A DNA stretch of 64,000 nt from Hamiltosporidium tvaerminnensis FI-OER-3-3. Its lineage: Eukaryota > Fungi > Microsporidia. Shown piece by piece: positions 1 to 15,800 of this stretch; position 1 is the first letter of the stretch, and every line of letters begins with the position of its first letter. The translations under genes were made by a program, and so were the position numbers. The stretch spans positions 124,001 through 188,000 of the forward strand of contig JAKIMF020000005.1 in assembly GCA_022605425.2 (NCBI GenBank), in the 5' to 3' direction. Below the pieces are notes generated by a model, which saw nothing but the letters and a program-made list of their open reading frames with translations, made no database searches and was not told where the DNA came from.

Positions 1-3000
1 ATTAAAGCCACCGAAACCACAGTTTTTTTCTTAAATTCATTGCTAAGTCTATTTATTCAAAAAAATCATTTTTTAGTATTTAAAAGTACAAGCTCACGTG
101 TCAAATACTAATTGATGGCATTTTGTTTTGGATTAGAAGCCTAAACCACTTTTTAAAATTGCAATTCTATGCTTATAATTTTTAAAAATCACATAAAGTG
201 CTTTAGCCCATGAACAGAGATGTCTATGCCTAGCCACATTAAACCGTATAATGCTTTGAAGAAAGTCACAAAAACATAAACTAACAATTAATTCAAAATA
301 AATTGATTCAATCACATAAAATTTCTGATCCAAAAGAAGAGACAAAAAAATACAAATAATTCCAGCGCGTAATTATAAAAAGAGATATGGACAATAAATA
401 GACTCTATGGTAATCTATACAACAATTCATTTAAATATGTAGACAAAGTGTTTATTGCACATGATTTTAATAATATCATAAAAGAAGGAATAAATAACAA
501 TTTTTTTTCTTTTTCATAAAAATCAAAAAGACTATAAATCAACTTTTCGTCATTAAATACTGTCTACTTATTGTTAAATATAATGCTAACCCTATATCCA
601 TTATAAAAAAACCTTTATAGTATATAAAAGAGCCGTACGAAAGATCAAAACGTTTTATAACCAAACTCGAGTTTAAATTTTTTTATCTCAATCGTTTTAA
701 AAGACATGAGTAAAAATTTAAAGAAGATAGAGATATTTTTTCAAAATTAAAACATAAAGTGGGTTTGGGTTCAAGTATCACAATCTAAGCTACTAATATA
801 AATTACCCAGAAGTTTTTGAACAAAATCAGTATATAATTCATCTAAAGTTTCATAAACGAAGAACCACATACTTAAACTACACATATGTAGTTAAACATA
901 AGGAAATCAAAGAATGCCTAATCTATGCATGCGTTGCATCGTCATTCATGATACTAAAATTTATTATATAGTTCGAGTATTGACACAGAAAAGATTTTAA
1001 ATATAGATAAATTACAGAATTTTGGTTTTCAATAATCATCATAATTAGACTTATATGATGATTCGCACCATTAATTAATAATTTTTCGGCATATAAATTA
1101 TTTGACTGACAAATATTTTATTGTTCGCGGAGTGTATTTCTTGCGATTAACATTCTTGAGTTTTTCTAATTATTTGAGTCAGTATGTTGGTTCAAGTTTT
1201 ATTATCAGAAATAAATATTCCTTACCTAGCATCCACATTTACCAAATTATATCGTAGCTTAAGAAAATATTAGCTATTTATTATAAAATTGAGCATATTC
1301 GTACGCTTCTCTTAACTACAATGGATATTATAAGATATTCAAATAAACCGATCTAGAATAGGTTCCGCCAATAAATTGTAAAGCATTTTTTCTGCATTTT
1401 TTAAGTTACGAACGAAATAAATGTATCATCCTCACTGTATCCTAATTTTTAAGAATTTAATTTTTGGTTATGTCAAGACTTTGCTAGCTTGTTATCACAA
1501 AAAAATTATCTAAAATAAGTGTTCGAATAAGATTTGTATTTGTGTCAACAAATCTTTACTTTGAAATTTTGTTAAAATTATTTGTAAATATGAGCGTGAG
1601 TCGCGGCAAAGATAAACATATATCCTGCAAATTCACATACATAAATCCTTTAAAATCTGCTGAATATGATGTTAAAAGAATTTTAATATTTTTAGAAATA
1701 ATTTAGAATTAAACATAAACTATAACTTTTAATATTTATATTTCTAAAATATTGAATTTAGGAATTCTAAATGTGATTTTGAATGTATCTGTTTGTCATG
1801 ATGAATAATAGTCTTGGATAATTCAGTAAAAAATACGTATTAAATTCTCGATACTATTGATAATAAGTTTAAAACTCTGCTTTGGTGCACAAAGAGATAC
1901 TTAAATTAAGTTAGTGCAATTGATCAGTGTATACAAAAATTAGAAATTTCTATGTTTATGCATACATGCCAAAAATAGAAATATGCCATATGAATGTTCG
2001 AAGAATCATTTTATATACAATATTTGAGGAAATGTTTATAAAATTAAAGATAAATTAAAAAAGCTTCTTTTTAATAATTGCAAACTATTGATGTTAGAGA
2101 TTAATATAAATTCCTTGGAGTAAAAACATAAAATAGTATTTTTCGTAAAAATTGATAGATGTAAGTTATAAATAAATTTCCAGTATACACAAAACGCAAA
2201 TATATATCTCTACAAAAGCAAGCTTTAAATATACAAGATTTGCATATTACAAATTCATAGGCAGTACTGCCTTAAATCTTTAACTTGAAAATAATTTTAA
2301 GCTCTTAAAGAGATATATTTGTCTTAAAATATTAGTATAATTTAAATATATGTTTTTAATTTTATAAGAATTAAGAATCATACAGAAATTTTAAAGAAAA
2401 TATGGTGGTTTTTTAAAATGCTTGCATCATTTAACCGAAAAATTTATCAGATACTTTTAAAAACAAAGCACAAAGAACAAGGATATTATTTTAAGGAAAT
2501 AAACTAAAAAAATTGTGAAAGAGACCAAATATTTTTGTTTCAATTAAAAAATACCAAGCGAATATTAATTATGCCGATATTTTTGTTTAATATTACAAAT
2601 TTAAAAAAAATTAACTTGATTTTAATCACCATTCGGTCAATATAAGAATTTTATGGCTCATTTAAAAAGAAAAAAGGGTTTATAAATTGAAATATTATAG
2701 TGTCTTCCTTAACATCATAATATAATTATCAAAAAATTCTTTTTATATGTATTTATTTGATAAGCAGTAATAAAAATAGGGTTGCCTATATATAAACACC
2801 AAATACATTGATTGTTACTAAATATAAAATTAAACTTAAAAATACTTATGAATGAGGATATGGCAGAAAATTTATATAAACAAGTCTGTTGCTTATAAAA
2901 AGCAAAAAAGTCTAGAGGTTATAAAAAAATATAAAAATTTGGACAAAAGTAGAAATCTTTTATAATCTATTTCAAAGATGGAAAACAATTAGTCGGTTCA

Positions 3001-6000
3001 CAACTTATATTTTTTTTATAACTTTAATGATATTCTATTTCTATTTAACTGCATTGATATTTAAAAGCTTTAAACCTATATAAGATTACTACTTATAGAG
3101 TAAGGTACTAAAATAGGCAAAGCTGGTCGACAAAATTCGATTTTTTTTCTTACTGTTATTTTACTGTAACCAAGTATATTTTTATAGTAAAGAGATAAAA
3201 AAACTAGTTGTAAGATGATATACTATGGTAAAAATTAGTAACATATGTGATATACGTATATTTGAATGCAATAAGTCATATCAACATACTAGCATAGATC
3301 CTACAAATTGCTCTTGATAGATATCTTAAATAGGAAATATTATGAAAGCGTTAAAAAAGTTTTTATAATTCTGGTAAAAAGAACTTAGAAAAAATATCTT
3401 GCTTCAGAAGTCTAATTTAAAAGACTTCTTATGACTTTAATTAATTCAGAACCCAGCCTGTTTGAGCAGATTAACAATAACATAAAAAAATTTATATGAA
3501 AAAATTAAGAAAATTTGTAAATACAAAAAATATTCACATTTATGTGTTAAAAAAACAGAAAACAGTTATCATAAATCTAGTTACTTTTCATATTTCCCTA
3601 GCATTAAAATATAGCATATTTTTTTAAAAGACTTTAATTAATCAAGTTTATAAATAGTATGCGGCTATTAACAATAAACCTATGAGATAGATCTTTTGAT
3701 TCTTTAGATTTGTTATTGGAAAAAATTATTTTTCAATTAATTAACTTCAAAATATATGGATAATTTGAGGTTAAAATATAAAAAATTTTATAATGCCTAA
3801 CTCACCGAATTTTAACCAGCATATTTTTATACTGCTGTTTAATTTTTTCGAGTATAGAAAAAATTCAGTTTCCTTTCGACTGATCAGATATCTATAAAAC
3901 ATTTATCTAAACTTGCAAGAATGATTATTAAGAAATTTTTAAACTCAATTTTATGACAATTACAAAACTTGAAGTATTTTTAGCGATATTAAAAAACTTT
4001 TTATATACTTTTCCGATGTCGATGTAGAGACAGAAAAATTTAATACAAAAAAAATATATTTCGATACTATAGAGCCATTTTATCTTTAACGTTTGCATTG
4101 ACTTTAATTTATGGAAAAAAATTTTAATTTTATGAATACAAAGTAATTTTATTTTAACTTTTATGAAAAGAAAATGAAAAATTAGTAGGAGGCATTCATA
4201 ATGTATATATATGAAGGCGAAAAGGACTTTTTTAAAGAACGTACTCCTATCAGAGTACAAGACCTCTATCTTTAACAAAAATATTTATTGTAGATAAAAA
4301 TACTAAGCTTCAAATTCCATCGAAACATTTTTTAAAAAAATTCATGAGAAATACATAAGTTTTGCATATATATCAAATCGCAAAAATATTATAATATAAA
4401 ATTAAGTCAAATTAATTGTTGCAAATTTTTTAAATCACGGTCTATGATGTCAAAAAAAACATTGTAAAAAAATAATATTTAAGCCAATATCGACTTTTTC
4501 GTATATACTTAGCAATTTTTTTAAACAAAGCCCAAAATATTCATATAATTTGTTTTAGCTAATTTACAAATAGTTTACGTCAATGAATTCTATTTGCCCG
4601 AACATTTTTATTCTATGAACTATTTAGCATTGTTCTTAAAATTTCTATACATTAAATATAAAGTATTTTATTGTATAAACATTGCACGAATATTTGAGCA
4701 ATTTGGTTAAAATTTTTTAAAAGAGTAGCATAAATTATTAAGCGATATTTAATGGAATCTAAACGAACTTCTGATCTGAAGGTTTTTATTGATTAAAAAG
4801 ACGATGTATTTTTAAAGAAACTTAGTTGATATTTAAAAACCAAATATGTATTCCAAAGATTTAAAAAATGCTTGGGTAAAATTGAATCAAAAAATCATTG
4901 TCTATTTATAATTTAGAGTGAAAGAAAGAATTTAACCAATTTAGATTTGTTATTAATATATAATTATACTGGTTTTTGAAATAGTTCGTTTTATAGTGGT
5001 ATAAAAATATTTAATAGTGTTTTAAATTTACGAAAAAAATCATATTTCCCATATAATTTAAAAAAACCGCTTTCTTTTTAGAGATATTCATTCAAAAAAG
5101 GCAAATATATAACATGACACGAATTTCTTACTTAAATATGCAGTTAGATTTTTTTGATATATTAGTATGGACAATAACTAAATTTCAATTTTCTTAGTTA
5201 ATTTATGGGAAAAACATTTTGATCCATCCTAAACAAGCTATCCGGTATTTGAACTAATTTTATTTGTAAATTATATTTACTCCAAAACCAAGTAAATTTT
5301 TATATAAAAAAAGAGAGAAATTTCATTTGATGGCACAAAAACAATTTATTATTTTATTGGTATTAAATAAATATAATCAGAATTACAAAGAAAAACATAC
5401 TTTCAAAATAAATAATAAGATAGAAATATTTGGTGGAAGTAAAAAATTTAGATAAGCCTTAAAAAACATAACTAAAAATCTTTAGCCGTTTTTTTTCATA
5501 GAATTTTTAACAGTATTAGATCTTTAAGACTAACGTTTTTAATTTCGCATTTTTAACAGGTTATTCAACTTATGTATCTTATAAACAGAAAAATATTCCA
5601 ATAAATCAGATTCGAAATACAAATATCTAGTATGAATAGATTAGATATATAGCTCAGCCTTAAACGATAGCCATAAACATCAGAAAAATCAAAGTCCTCG
5701 ATTCTATTGAATATATAGTTTGCATTGTGCCAATAAGTAAGCCCTTGCTATCTCAAATCTTTCTTTAAAGCCAAAGAACAAAAACATTTAGAAGTCCGAA
5801 TTTTCTATTTAATCACCATAAGAGCAACTATCTTTATTTCAGAAATTTTTTAAAATAAGACTGCCAATAGTTCGTTGGCCTACAAATATTTTTTAAGAGG
5901 CATGATCCATAGCTTTAAATCAATTTTTTTGATAAATTCAGGCTATTAATTTCAGAATTTATTTTATACGAAGAAATGGTGAATTTTATGTTCCACATAA

Positions 6001-6604
6001 TTATTCTCAATTCTTAAAAATTGCATATTATTCTTTTTTTACTAAATTTTCAAGATTTAATTTAAAATAATGCAAGTTAAAACAATAGTAAGTACTAATT
6101 TGAAACGATTTTTTTTACTTTAAAATATTGTGTAAGAAAGAAATTTAATTGTACCTCTATACGCATTATAACACATACTCGCATTAAAACATCAGGTTAA
6201 TACACATTAGAACAAATTTGGTTCTTGTTCTAGTATGATTTGTTTTTCATATTTTAGCTAAAATGCAAAATTTGTAAATTTAAACTATGATAGAGTTATT
6301 AAAATGTGTTGCATTCAAGCATTTGAAATTTTTAAAAATATGAACACTTCATATAAATATTTTAAAAGCACGAATTGATAGACTCAAAGAAATTTTGCTT
6401 ACAACATAATGATTCATAAAACTTCAAGCATTTAAAATTTGGCTTTGCTTGTGGTAAATTACAGTAAGCTATAAAACAAATTAATTAGCTGCTTCTCGGT
6501 TGGTTATTTATGTATTTTGCGAAAGTAAAATACTATAGAAATTAATAATTCAAATTCGCGATAGAGCCAGAATAAATATGTGGCATTCGCTGTTCTATTA
6601 TAAG

Positions 6605-6824
6605 TATCTTGAGCCCTACAGTCCTGCACCAGCCTTTACCGTTCTGGTAATACCGCTACCCAGTCTTTTTACACTCCTTAGTCTACCCTTTCGGGTTTTG
6701 TAACAAGGTGGTTTTAAATGGTAGGTTGCTAGACTAAGCCCAACTTGGAGGTTCAGTCTTTTTAGTCGTCTAATACGAAAAGCAGGAAATGCTCCAAGCC
6801 GACTCTGCGCCGGCATGGTGGTGA
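6605..6824 (-). mobile_element. RTE-derived non-autonomous short retroelement, copy A (short subfamily)
   Basis: GC-richer island sharing ordered motifs with five other copies: CTACAG(T/C)CC...GCC, GTAATACCGC, CGGGTTT-GTAACAAGGTGGTTTTAAA, GGTTGCTAG, TGGAGG, AGTCG..TACGA.AAGCAG, TCTGC.CCGGCATGG. Ends approximate. Confidence 0.8.
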
Positions 6825-9800
6825 AGATTTTTTTATCAATATATTAAATAATCAATTTACAAATATTCTAAAGAATATTCTTATATTGTTGGTAGTATAT
6901 TTAATATATTTTTGTTGTAGAATCGTCAAAGAAAAACAATTATTGCTAAAGTGTATTTTACCAGAAATGTTTATTTGATTTCTATGTTGAACTGATTCCT
7001 CTTACACCGAGTGCCAAGTACAATTGAACTTTAATATTTATTCACTTAATCTTATAGTATCAATTTGACATTTTTTTAGTTTATATTTTTTAAGATATGA
7101 ATCAATGTAGAAAAACAACTCAAATTTAACTATATATCTCCTCTTGGTATTTTTTGAAAACAAACAAATCTATACTATGAAAATTATACGCCAATCGTTC
7201 TATTATATTAAAGAAAACCAGAGAAATTTCAAAATTTTTGTTTCATGTATATAGAATCTAGAGAAACAGCAGAAGCATAAATTCGTACAAAATAATGTGT
7301 TCGTTTATCAAAATAACGGAATATTTAACATAAATAACAGAAAATTTTATAGATAAACAGTTAATTCAATCCAAAATATCTATATATGCCTACGACGGGC
7401 ATGTTTAAAACGGATAAAGGTCTACTTGAAAATAATAGAATTTTAAATGCTTTTTTTTAGAACTGGAATACTAAATATTGACGATTTTTCTATATAAGTA
7501 AATTTTCCTGGAGATCTTCGAAATATATATTTTTATTGAAAATAGTTCCATTATTTTACAATGTTTGCGATAACTAAAATGTGTTATATATTTTTTCCAT
7601 GATATACCAAAAAATATAGGTTTTTTTTATTACACCTTTATACTATGATAAGAAACTTTCATTGGTAACCTAAGAAAATCCAAACTTTATACAGCGTGAA
7701 AACATCAGATTTTATTTTACATAATTATATATCTATGTTCGCTTAAAAGTTCATTTCCAGATAGTGATGATTCCAAATATAGTATTAAAAAGCTTATCAA
7801 CATTTAATACAATAGGATAGATTTTCTAATTGTTTATTTGCAAAAATTACAACATAAAATAGAGTTTTTTTAAAAAATTGCTAAATAATTACTCAATGGC
7901 TTAGAATATTTATACATAGAGTTATATGACTCTTATAATTGTGTGAATCTTTTAAAATCGCAACATTATAGATATTAGACATAATTCTTTTTCTTTAACT
8001 TGAACATTTTATATATCTTCAGAGTGACATGTTCAAAACCGTACATCTTAGTATCACAAAACATTTATTTTCTATAAGATCATTTAAGTAAAAAAGAAAA
8101 CGCTAATTTTATAAACCTAGGTTATTTATTATGTGTTTTTAAATATATAAAACAACACTTTAATCCACTCTATGTAAGCAAGTCAAAGAAAATATTTTAA
8201 ATTAACGTGAAAAAAACAAAATGCTATAGATTAAACAAATTCTTTATGATAACACAAATAAAAACAATAAAGTATATAATTATGCAGTTTAACCGCATAA
8301 AATCAAAACATATAACAATATCTTAAGTAATTAAAAGTATTGATACTACATCCTCATATGTATTTGTTCATAGCCAATTAATGCCGACTTTTTTTACAAT
8401 AAATCTATATTCTGCGATTTAAAATCACAGAAACATCGATCAATTACGTATATTTAACAAAAATACATTGGTTTCTATCAAGTATAATTATAAACCAAAA
8501 ATAAAATTGCGGACATATGAACTTAAAATAGATACCTACGTATATACGTTTTTAGTCTTTAAAATCTCGATAAATATCAAAATTTTTAAATTTTACAACC
8601 AGAAAATAAAAATAATTACACCCCAAAAAAATCTGTTCCTGGTTTTATACATACTTGAAAAAAAGTTTTTTAAATATTACCTCATAGACGATTTTTTTAG
8701 TTTTAACTTTTATCATACACAACAGAAAGTAGACTATCTCAAGCGCTAATACTGACTATATTTGCAATCTCAATTGTTATTCGTTTTTTACATCTAAAAA
8801 ATGTAAAGTCCATAGCTTAGAAATTATTTTTTTAAGTCATAATGTATGGTCAAAAATAAACAAAATTGTAGAAATGAAAATTTGATGTTAATGCTCCCGT
8901 TATAAAATATATCAAAAAACACAGGCTAGAATATAACTACCACTTAAATAGTTCTCTATACAATTTGACTTAAGATCAGGTTTACAAAGGGCAAAAAAAC
9001 AATTCTTTTTATATTTTTTCTGTCGTATGCGAAAACATATTTTGTAACATTTTATAAAATACGAGCTTGAATATGATACAAAATATAATCTGCTTACGTA
9101 TTCATATAATTACATTTTAAATTTCTCGTACCTAAAAAACTTTTTACTTACTTCGGTTGTATTAATAGTTACAAACGCTCCATCTTAATTCGGTCTGTTT
9201 TGCATTTTTCGATATGGCATTTAGATAGAATTTTCATCTAATTTTTCAGCAATATATCTAGATTTTATAAGATTTTTATGATAAAAATTGATTCCGACGA
9301 TCTGAATTTTCTAGCCTAGGCATTTTTTAAAGAAATTGACATCAAATAAAATTCAGAAAACTTACTTGCTATGAAATGCGAGTTTTTCAATTCATAAATT
9401 TTTTTACGAACCTGGGCAAATTAAAAAATTTACTGCACTAATTCTATGTATAAAAAAAATCACAGTTATTTTGAAAAAATTTCAAGTTTAAAGCAAAAAT
9501 TGAAATTTTCTCAAATATTCGTATACGTTATATAGAAGCCTAATTTACCATGAACATTTCATGTTACAAACTAGTCTAGCTTTATTAGTCTTTTTTGTTT
9601 TCCATGCAATTTTATATATTTACCTCAAAAGAAATTTTATCTCATACATAAACACCAAATCTGCTCAAATTATCATTAGACAAACTTATAAGCTAAGATT
9701 TATATAGTTAGCCTTATTCATATTGACTTTAGGTCAAAGAAATTATTAAAAGAAATTTAAAATTACAAATCTTCAATTAAACGCAAATAAAAGGATATTC

Positions 9801-12800
9801 TAAAAAAATATGTCATCAAAGATCAAAATATTACACTATACGCTAGATACAAATTATAGTAAAACCTGTATGATATTTATCATTTTTTTTACTCGAAATC
9901 GTTGTTTCTACCATGGATTTGCCTCTTTAAGAAGAATAAGAGAAACAATATAAACCCCTGTAATATATTTTTGGAAACGAAAAAAATTTTTTCGATAGAG
10001 AATGTTATTTCTATGATTAAATATAGAAACCTCATACTCGTATAGTTACTTGAATAGATGAATAACTCCGGTTATAACCTTGTTCAGAACCAAAAGTTAT
10101 TTATACTATAATTCTGCAGTTTTTATATAAAAAACATTAATGATAATGCGTTCGAATAAACTCTGCGCCTACAAAAGAGTACTGCTTGGATACAGTAAAC
10201 CTCTAATAATTTTTCATATTAACGTAGATTTGAATTTTTATTTAATAAAAAACACTAAAAAATTATGTTTAAAACCCATGCATCAAGAGTCCTATTCTTT
10301 TGGCTATATTTATTCGATTTTCTATTGCATCGTTTGTAAGAATACGCGTTATTCGGATGATTAAGATCGTATTCTGAAAAATAAAAGTTTTACTTACTAT
10401 GCATTTTAGTACTGCATTCTAAATTTAAGAAAAATATTTTTTACTTTACATGTAATATAAGATTTATGTTTTGAAAATAAATTAGTTATATTCTAGCTTT
10501 AAATTTTTCAAGTCTTTCGTTTTAATTCGAGCCTACATTTAATCAAGTTCTTTTTTTGTCAAAGATATTGAAAGGGCATTTTACAGAACCATTTCACAGT
10601 AAACAGATTCCATGGTATTGACTGTTGATGAAATTTTAGTTTTGATTTTTTTCAAAGAAACCATAACATCACTGCCAAACACTACAAAAATAAAAAAGCA
10701 TTTTTTTTAAAATTTTACAGACTTTAACATTAAAAAAATCACCATAAGATCACTTAAAAGAACATGTAGATTTATTCTTGGTCTCAAATTTGTCTATCAC
10801 ACAGTATCTATTAAAAATCATAAAATATTAATTTAATATAAAATTCATTGTATATTTTGAAAACGTAAAAGGTAAAAAAGATTACAATTATTTATCTAGC
10901 CCAAATCATGCAAATCAATATAAATAAAAAAAATTATATTTTGTATTCTTTAAATTTTTTTGTATTGATTTTGAGATAGCAAATCATCTAATAGGTCAGT
11001 GATTTTCCAAAAATATAGGCATGTGTTTTTTTTATTGTGTTAAATATAAAAGCTATGAGTATAATTTCGTTTTGCTTTCGGGTAAAGTATAAAAATCCTT
11101 TTTTGTCACATAATATGATTCTAATGAAAGAATACGTACAATGAAAATATCTTTTATAAGAAAATATGTCAAGAGCGCACATTTTTTATAAATAAAAATC
11201 TAACTTAAAGCTTCGAATCCAATAATTTATAATATATATTGTTTTATAAATAGTTATTAAAAGTAGCATTTTTAATGTTCATAGCCTAGTAAAATAATCG
11301 AAAGCCGTTTGTACAACATTCAAAACAAACTATCAGATTTACTTGTAACTTTATGTGAAATTGTTCATCAGGTAATATCGCATTAATAGTTCGGAAATCG
11401 ATATATTGCATATATACATGAAAAATCTCCTACGGCGACTAATTTAGTTCTTCCAATACATTGCAGTAATTTTTTAAAATTTTTTTATTGGAAGGTGTAA
11501 TAAATATAGCAAAAAATTACAATCTAATTTTTTCCTTCGTTGAATTCCTTGACGATATAAATCACGAAAAAATCTTTCGCAATAAACTCATATTACCCCA
11601 AATACTGTTTTAGAAACTATACTTTAACCTTCAGTAATGTCTTTGACAATATATTTAAACAATTATAGTATTTTATGAGTTTATGGTATAACTAAGTGTT
11701 ATAGTTTTGTCTGCAATTTTGCTTACAGTTTTGTTAAAAAATTGTCCTGGGTTTTTTGCAGCGCCTTTACTAAAAATAAAGCGATAAAACAGAAACACAT
11801 TAAATTTCAAACAGTTCTAAGCCTGTTTTGACGCTTGGTTTCCATTATTCTAATATTCAACGCATAAATAGAATTACAAGCGATTCCGGAATATGTATTT
11901 TACTTAATATGTTTATCTTTAGAAAATTATTGCTGTCAAATTTTGTATCAATGTTGTTGGGTAAAACCAAAAATGTAATTATATAAAACATTAGCTAATT
12001 TCGTTGTTTTCTATTTATATTTAAACGATTATTTAGAACTATATTTTGGTTAACAAAGGACTTATTTATTTCATAAGGTTGGTTTTTATGAATTTCTTTT
12101 GGGTTTTTTTCCGGACGTAAACACCATCCAATCACAATTTTTATTCTATATGTTATATTGAGGTCAATATATAAGACGTTCTAAAAAAGATTATATTAAA
12201 ATACAAAAAATACTTCAGTTTATTTAAGTTAAAAATCGTCTTTTTTTCTAAATTTTGATTTAAATGAATGCCCTTTTCGAAAGCTAGGTTTAAAATTTCA
12301 AAAATGTGCAGATATTTCAGTATTTCAATAAAACCAATAGTTATTTATTTTATTTTATTTTGAAAATTCCAAGAACCTTTACGTTATATTTCTGTGGTTT
12401 TTAATTTTAACTAAAAAAGTTAATACATTTTTTAATCGAATAGTGGATTCAATAATAAATATCCATTTGATTTCTTTCTAAAATTTAAAAATTTCAACTA
12501 AACTGAAAAATTCGAATCCAAATTATATTATTACGCAGTATCAGTCAAATCCAATTCCACTAGTTTCATTCAGTTGTCTAATCAAATAAGAAATCTAAAT
12601 ATCTTCAATTTCTTACATAAAAATATTTTTGACAATTTATAATCTTGCTTTTGCATATGTCCTGTTTTCAATTAAAAATAAAGCTGTATTAACTCCTATC
12701 AGGTATGTTTGCCCATGAATGTTAGACATAATATGTTTTCTGCTGTGGCTGCGATTTTTAGACACATTTAAGATTATTAAAAATGGTCTTTATAAAACTA

Positions 12801-15800
12801 TGCATAAATATTCAATAAAATTGATAATATATTAATAAATTTCGAAGTTTTTTGTGGATAAATTATATCAGCTTTGAAATATTTTACGCATACCGCATCT
12901 ATAGTGATAGGTAAAAACTTTGAAATTTTTATTAAGCTCTTTTAAAAGGTCTAATAATAATTTAAATGTATGAGACGTTGTAGCAATACTACACGTAACT
13001 ACTTTGATTCTCGTAAAAAATATACGTTATATATTTTCAAATTAGGTAAACTGGACCGAAACATCGACTCAAGTCATTGAAAGAATTTTAAAAAAAAACA
13101 TAGTGTGCACTAAGTATATAATTTTTTTTGTCATTTTTAAACGAGAATAAATTAAAAATCTTCTAATTTTTTCTTCTATTTTGATAGGATTAATTGAAAT
13201 TTCCAATTAACGCGTAAAAATATATTGGTTGTATTATTACAGAGATCTTATCATTTTGCTATTACAGTCAAATTGCGATCGAAAAGTATAATATATTTAT
13301 TACTTTTAAATAAATTATTTTGATTTTAACTTAAAAAGGTTTTTTCGAAAAAACTCAGTAAAGTTAACAGCTTTAAATCATTTGAAAATATCAAAAGACA
13401 CCGTTGAAAAAAAAAACGGTCGATATATAGAACAAAAATATTGTACTCGGACCTTAATGAGTTATTTTCTTATTTAAATGTGATTTAGTTTAATACAAAA
13501 TTAGAATAAAATTTATGAGCCATAATTTTATATGTCAACCTATTTATCATTTTTTTTAGAATTCAAGTAAATTTTATTTGTAATTCAATAGAATTTTAAA
13601 ATGTAAATTTATATAATAACCCTAAATTTGAGATTCTATATGCATGTTTTAATTATATATTGTACAATATAAAATCGATACCTTGCTATGATTTAAGCGC
13701 AAAAACCAAAAATCATAATAATCAGTGAATTTATCAATAAGTAAAAAGTACTAAAGTTTCTAACGCTTTATGCTTGTATTGATACGCCATAGAGTATTAA
13801 TAGATGTTTGAATACTAGTTTCATAAACAAACAACATAATAACTTTGTCCGAACTGACTCGAATCCTAATCTAAAACCGAATGAATTATTTGCTTTGAAT
13901 AATGATATCTGGTTAACATAGTTTTTGTATATCATTTTTAACAGAGTGGAGAGAGTATAACCAAATTAAAAACTATCTCGTTAGCAATGAGTATGTGAAA
14001 AACAAAGTTGGGTTTTTGGCGAGATATAGGATATAAATCAAATTAGATCCAAGGCTAATCTTCTATTATCCAGAGTTATAACAGATTAAAAGACGGCATA
14101 AAAAATTTCCAGTCGTCATCATTGACACCGAGAGGCAAAAGATGAATGGAAAAAGAGTAAATAATTTTTTTAGCATAAGCCTACTAAACCACTTTGGTTT
14201 TTTTTATAAAATACTTTTGTTTTTGGTTATTTTTTAAAAAAACTCAACAAACAAGCGGACTTCGAACTTTTTATTTTTCTAAATTAAGTTTAAGAATGTT
14301 TTTTTATCTTAAATTGCTTTATTTGAATATATTTCGATATAACTTCTCAAAAAAAATATTTTAGATATTTTTAAATACATGACTCATTGTATAATAACTT
14401 TTGGTTATTATATGCAAACCAGATTATATTTAAAACCTCAGGTTTCATACCGCTTAATCCTTATAGCACGAATAAAATATTATATTCGAATTCCTTTTTA
14501 ACGAATATAAAGAATTTCAAAAAAAATAAGCAAAAAGTTGTTTTTATTTGTTGGTTAATGTGGTACACATCCTAGCCGCTACTTTTTCCTCTAATGTTTT
14601 TAATAGTTTCCGAGTACGTGGGAAAACAGTGGCTTATGTTAAAATAAATTTACCTAGAGAAAATTTTTTATACTTAAATACTTTTACAAATCCTTATATT
14701 GTATTTTCTAGAAAGAAGTTTTTCAAACTATGAACTTGTATAGTACGATTTTTTTTAAATTTATAAGATGTATTGTAAAACATATTAAAGTGAGATATGA
14801 AAATTTTACCAAAAAAATACAATTTATTCGAGGAATTGGAAATGAATTAACTAACACACGCATTAAGGGCTTAAATTGAAATAAGTAATCTAGAGAGATA
14901 TCCATAGTGTCTGTTCATCATATAGGCAAACCAAAGGGGCTTTTGGGATTTTAGAATTCTTTGTTTAAATAAAACAATATGGTTTTTAGAGTCAATACAT
15001 TCTCTAAACGAAAAACATTTATTTCAATGTGTTTATAACAAAAGCTTTTAATTTTCCTCATCTGGCAATAAGAAATCCCACTCGTTTCAATTTAAATAAT
15101 TGCATTGAGATCTTTGATCGAATTACACTAATTTGCAACAAAAAGAAACGAATTTTCGCATTTCTAGTTCAAATAGCCTAAATTTAGAAATATAAGACAG
15201 GTCTTTATAATTTCCACCTCTCGGTATTATTTTATTTAAATCTGCTATATTATTTACTTGCAAAATATAAAATGATGTCGTATGAAAGGCTTTTAAAATA
15301 AAATCTATCTGCCTAAAAATCATATAAACCCATGCTTTAAAAATATTGCTTTACTATTTTTTGGGTAGTTATAAAATACCTATTATTAAAGAGTAATTTA
15401 GATTCAGAAACACACAAAGTAGATAGTAAGCATGTTTTAGAATTAAATTTTTGATAATTCAGTAAAAATTTAAATTCCACAGGAAAGGTGTATAAATATC
15501 CACTTTCAATTCTTTGATAAGTGTTTTATGACATTCGGAATTGAAGTATTTTCAAAATATTCAGAAATATTTTAAAATAGAAAAATTCTTTCTATTTCGT
15601 GTACTACATGTATATTTATCCTATAAAGATCTATACAGGTTTTTATTAATTACATGAGTGGCAATATATATAAAAATATTTTTCTGTATTTCGTTTTAGT
15701 ATCTAGTATAAGAATATATTATTGATTCGTTCGTAAATTTTATGTTTGACTATAAAGAGCAATTAGCGAAGCCTTTACGTTATAAATTTTATTTGTATCT

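Noticed and set aside
6616-6816. 66-aa ORF (and the 77-aa ORF at 38475..38708)
   Set aside because: They coincide with copies of the short dispersed element, and the frame is not conserved among copies.
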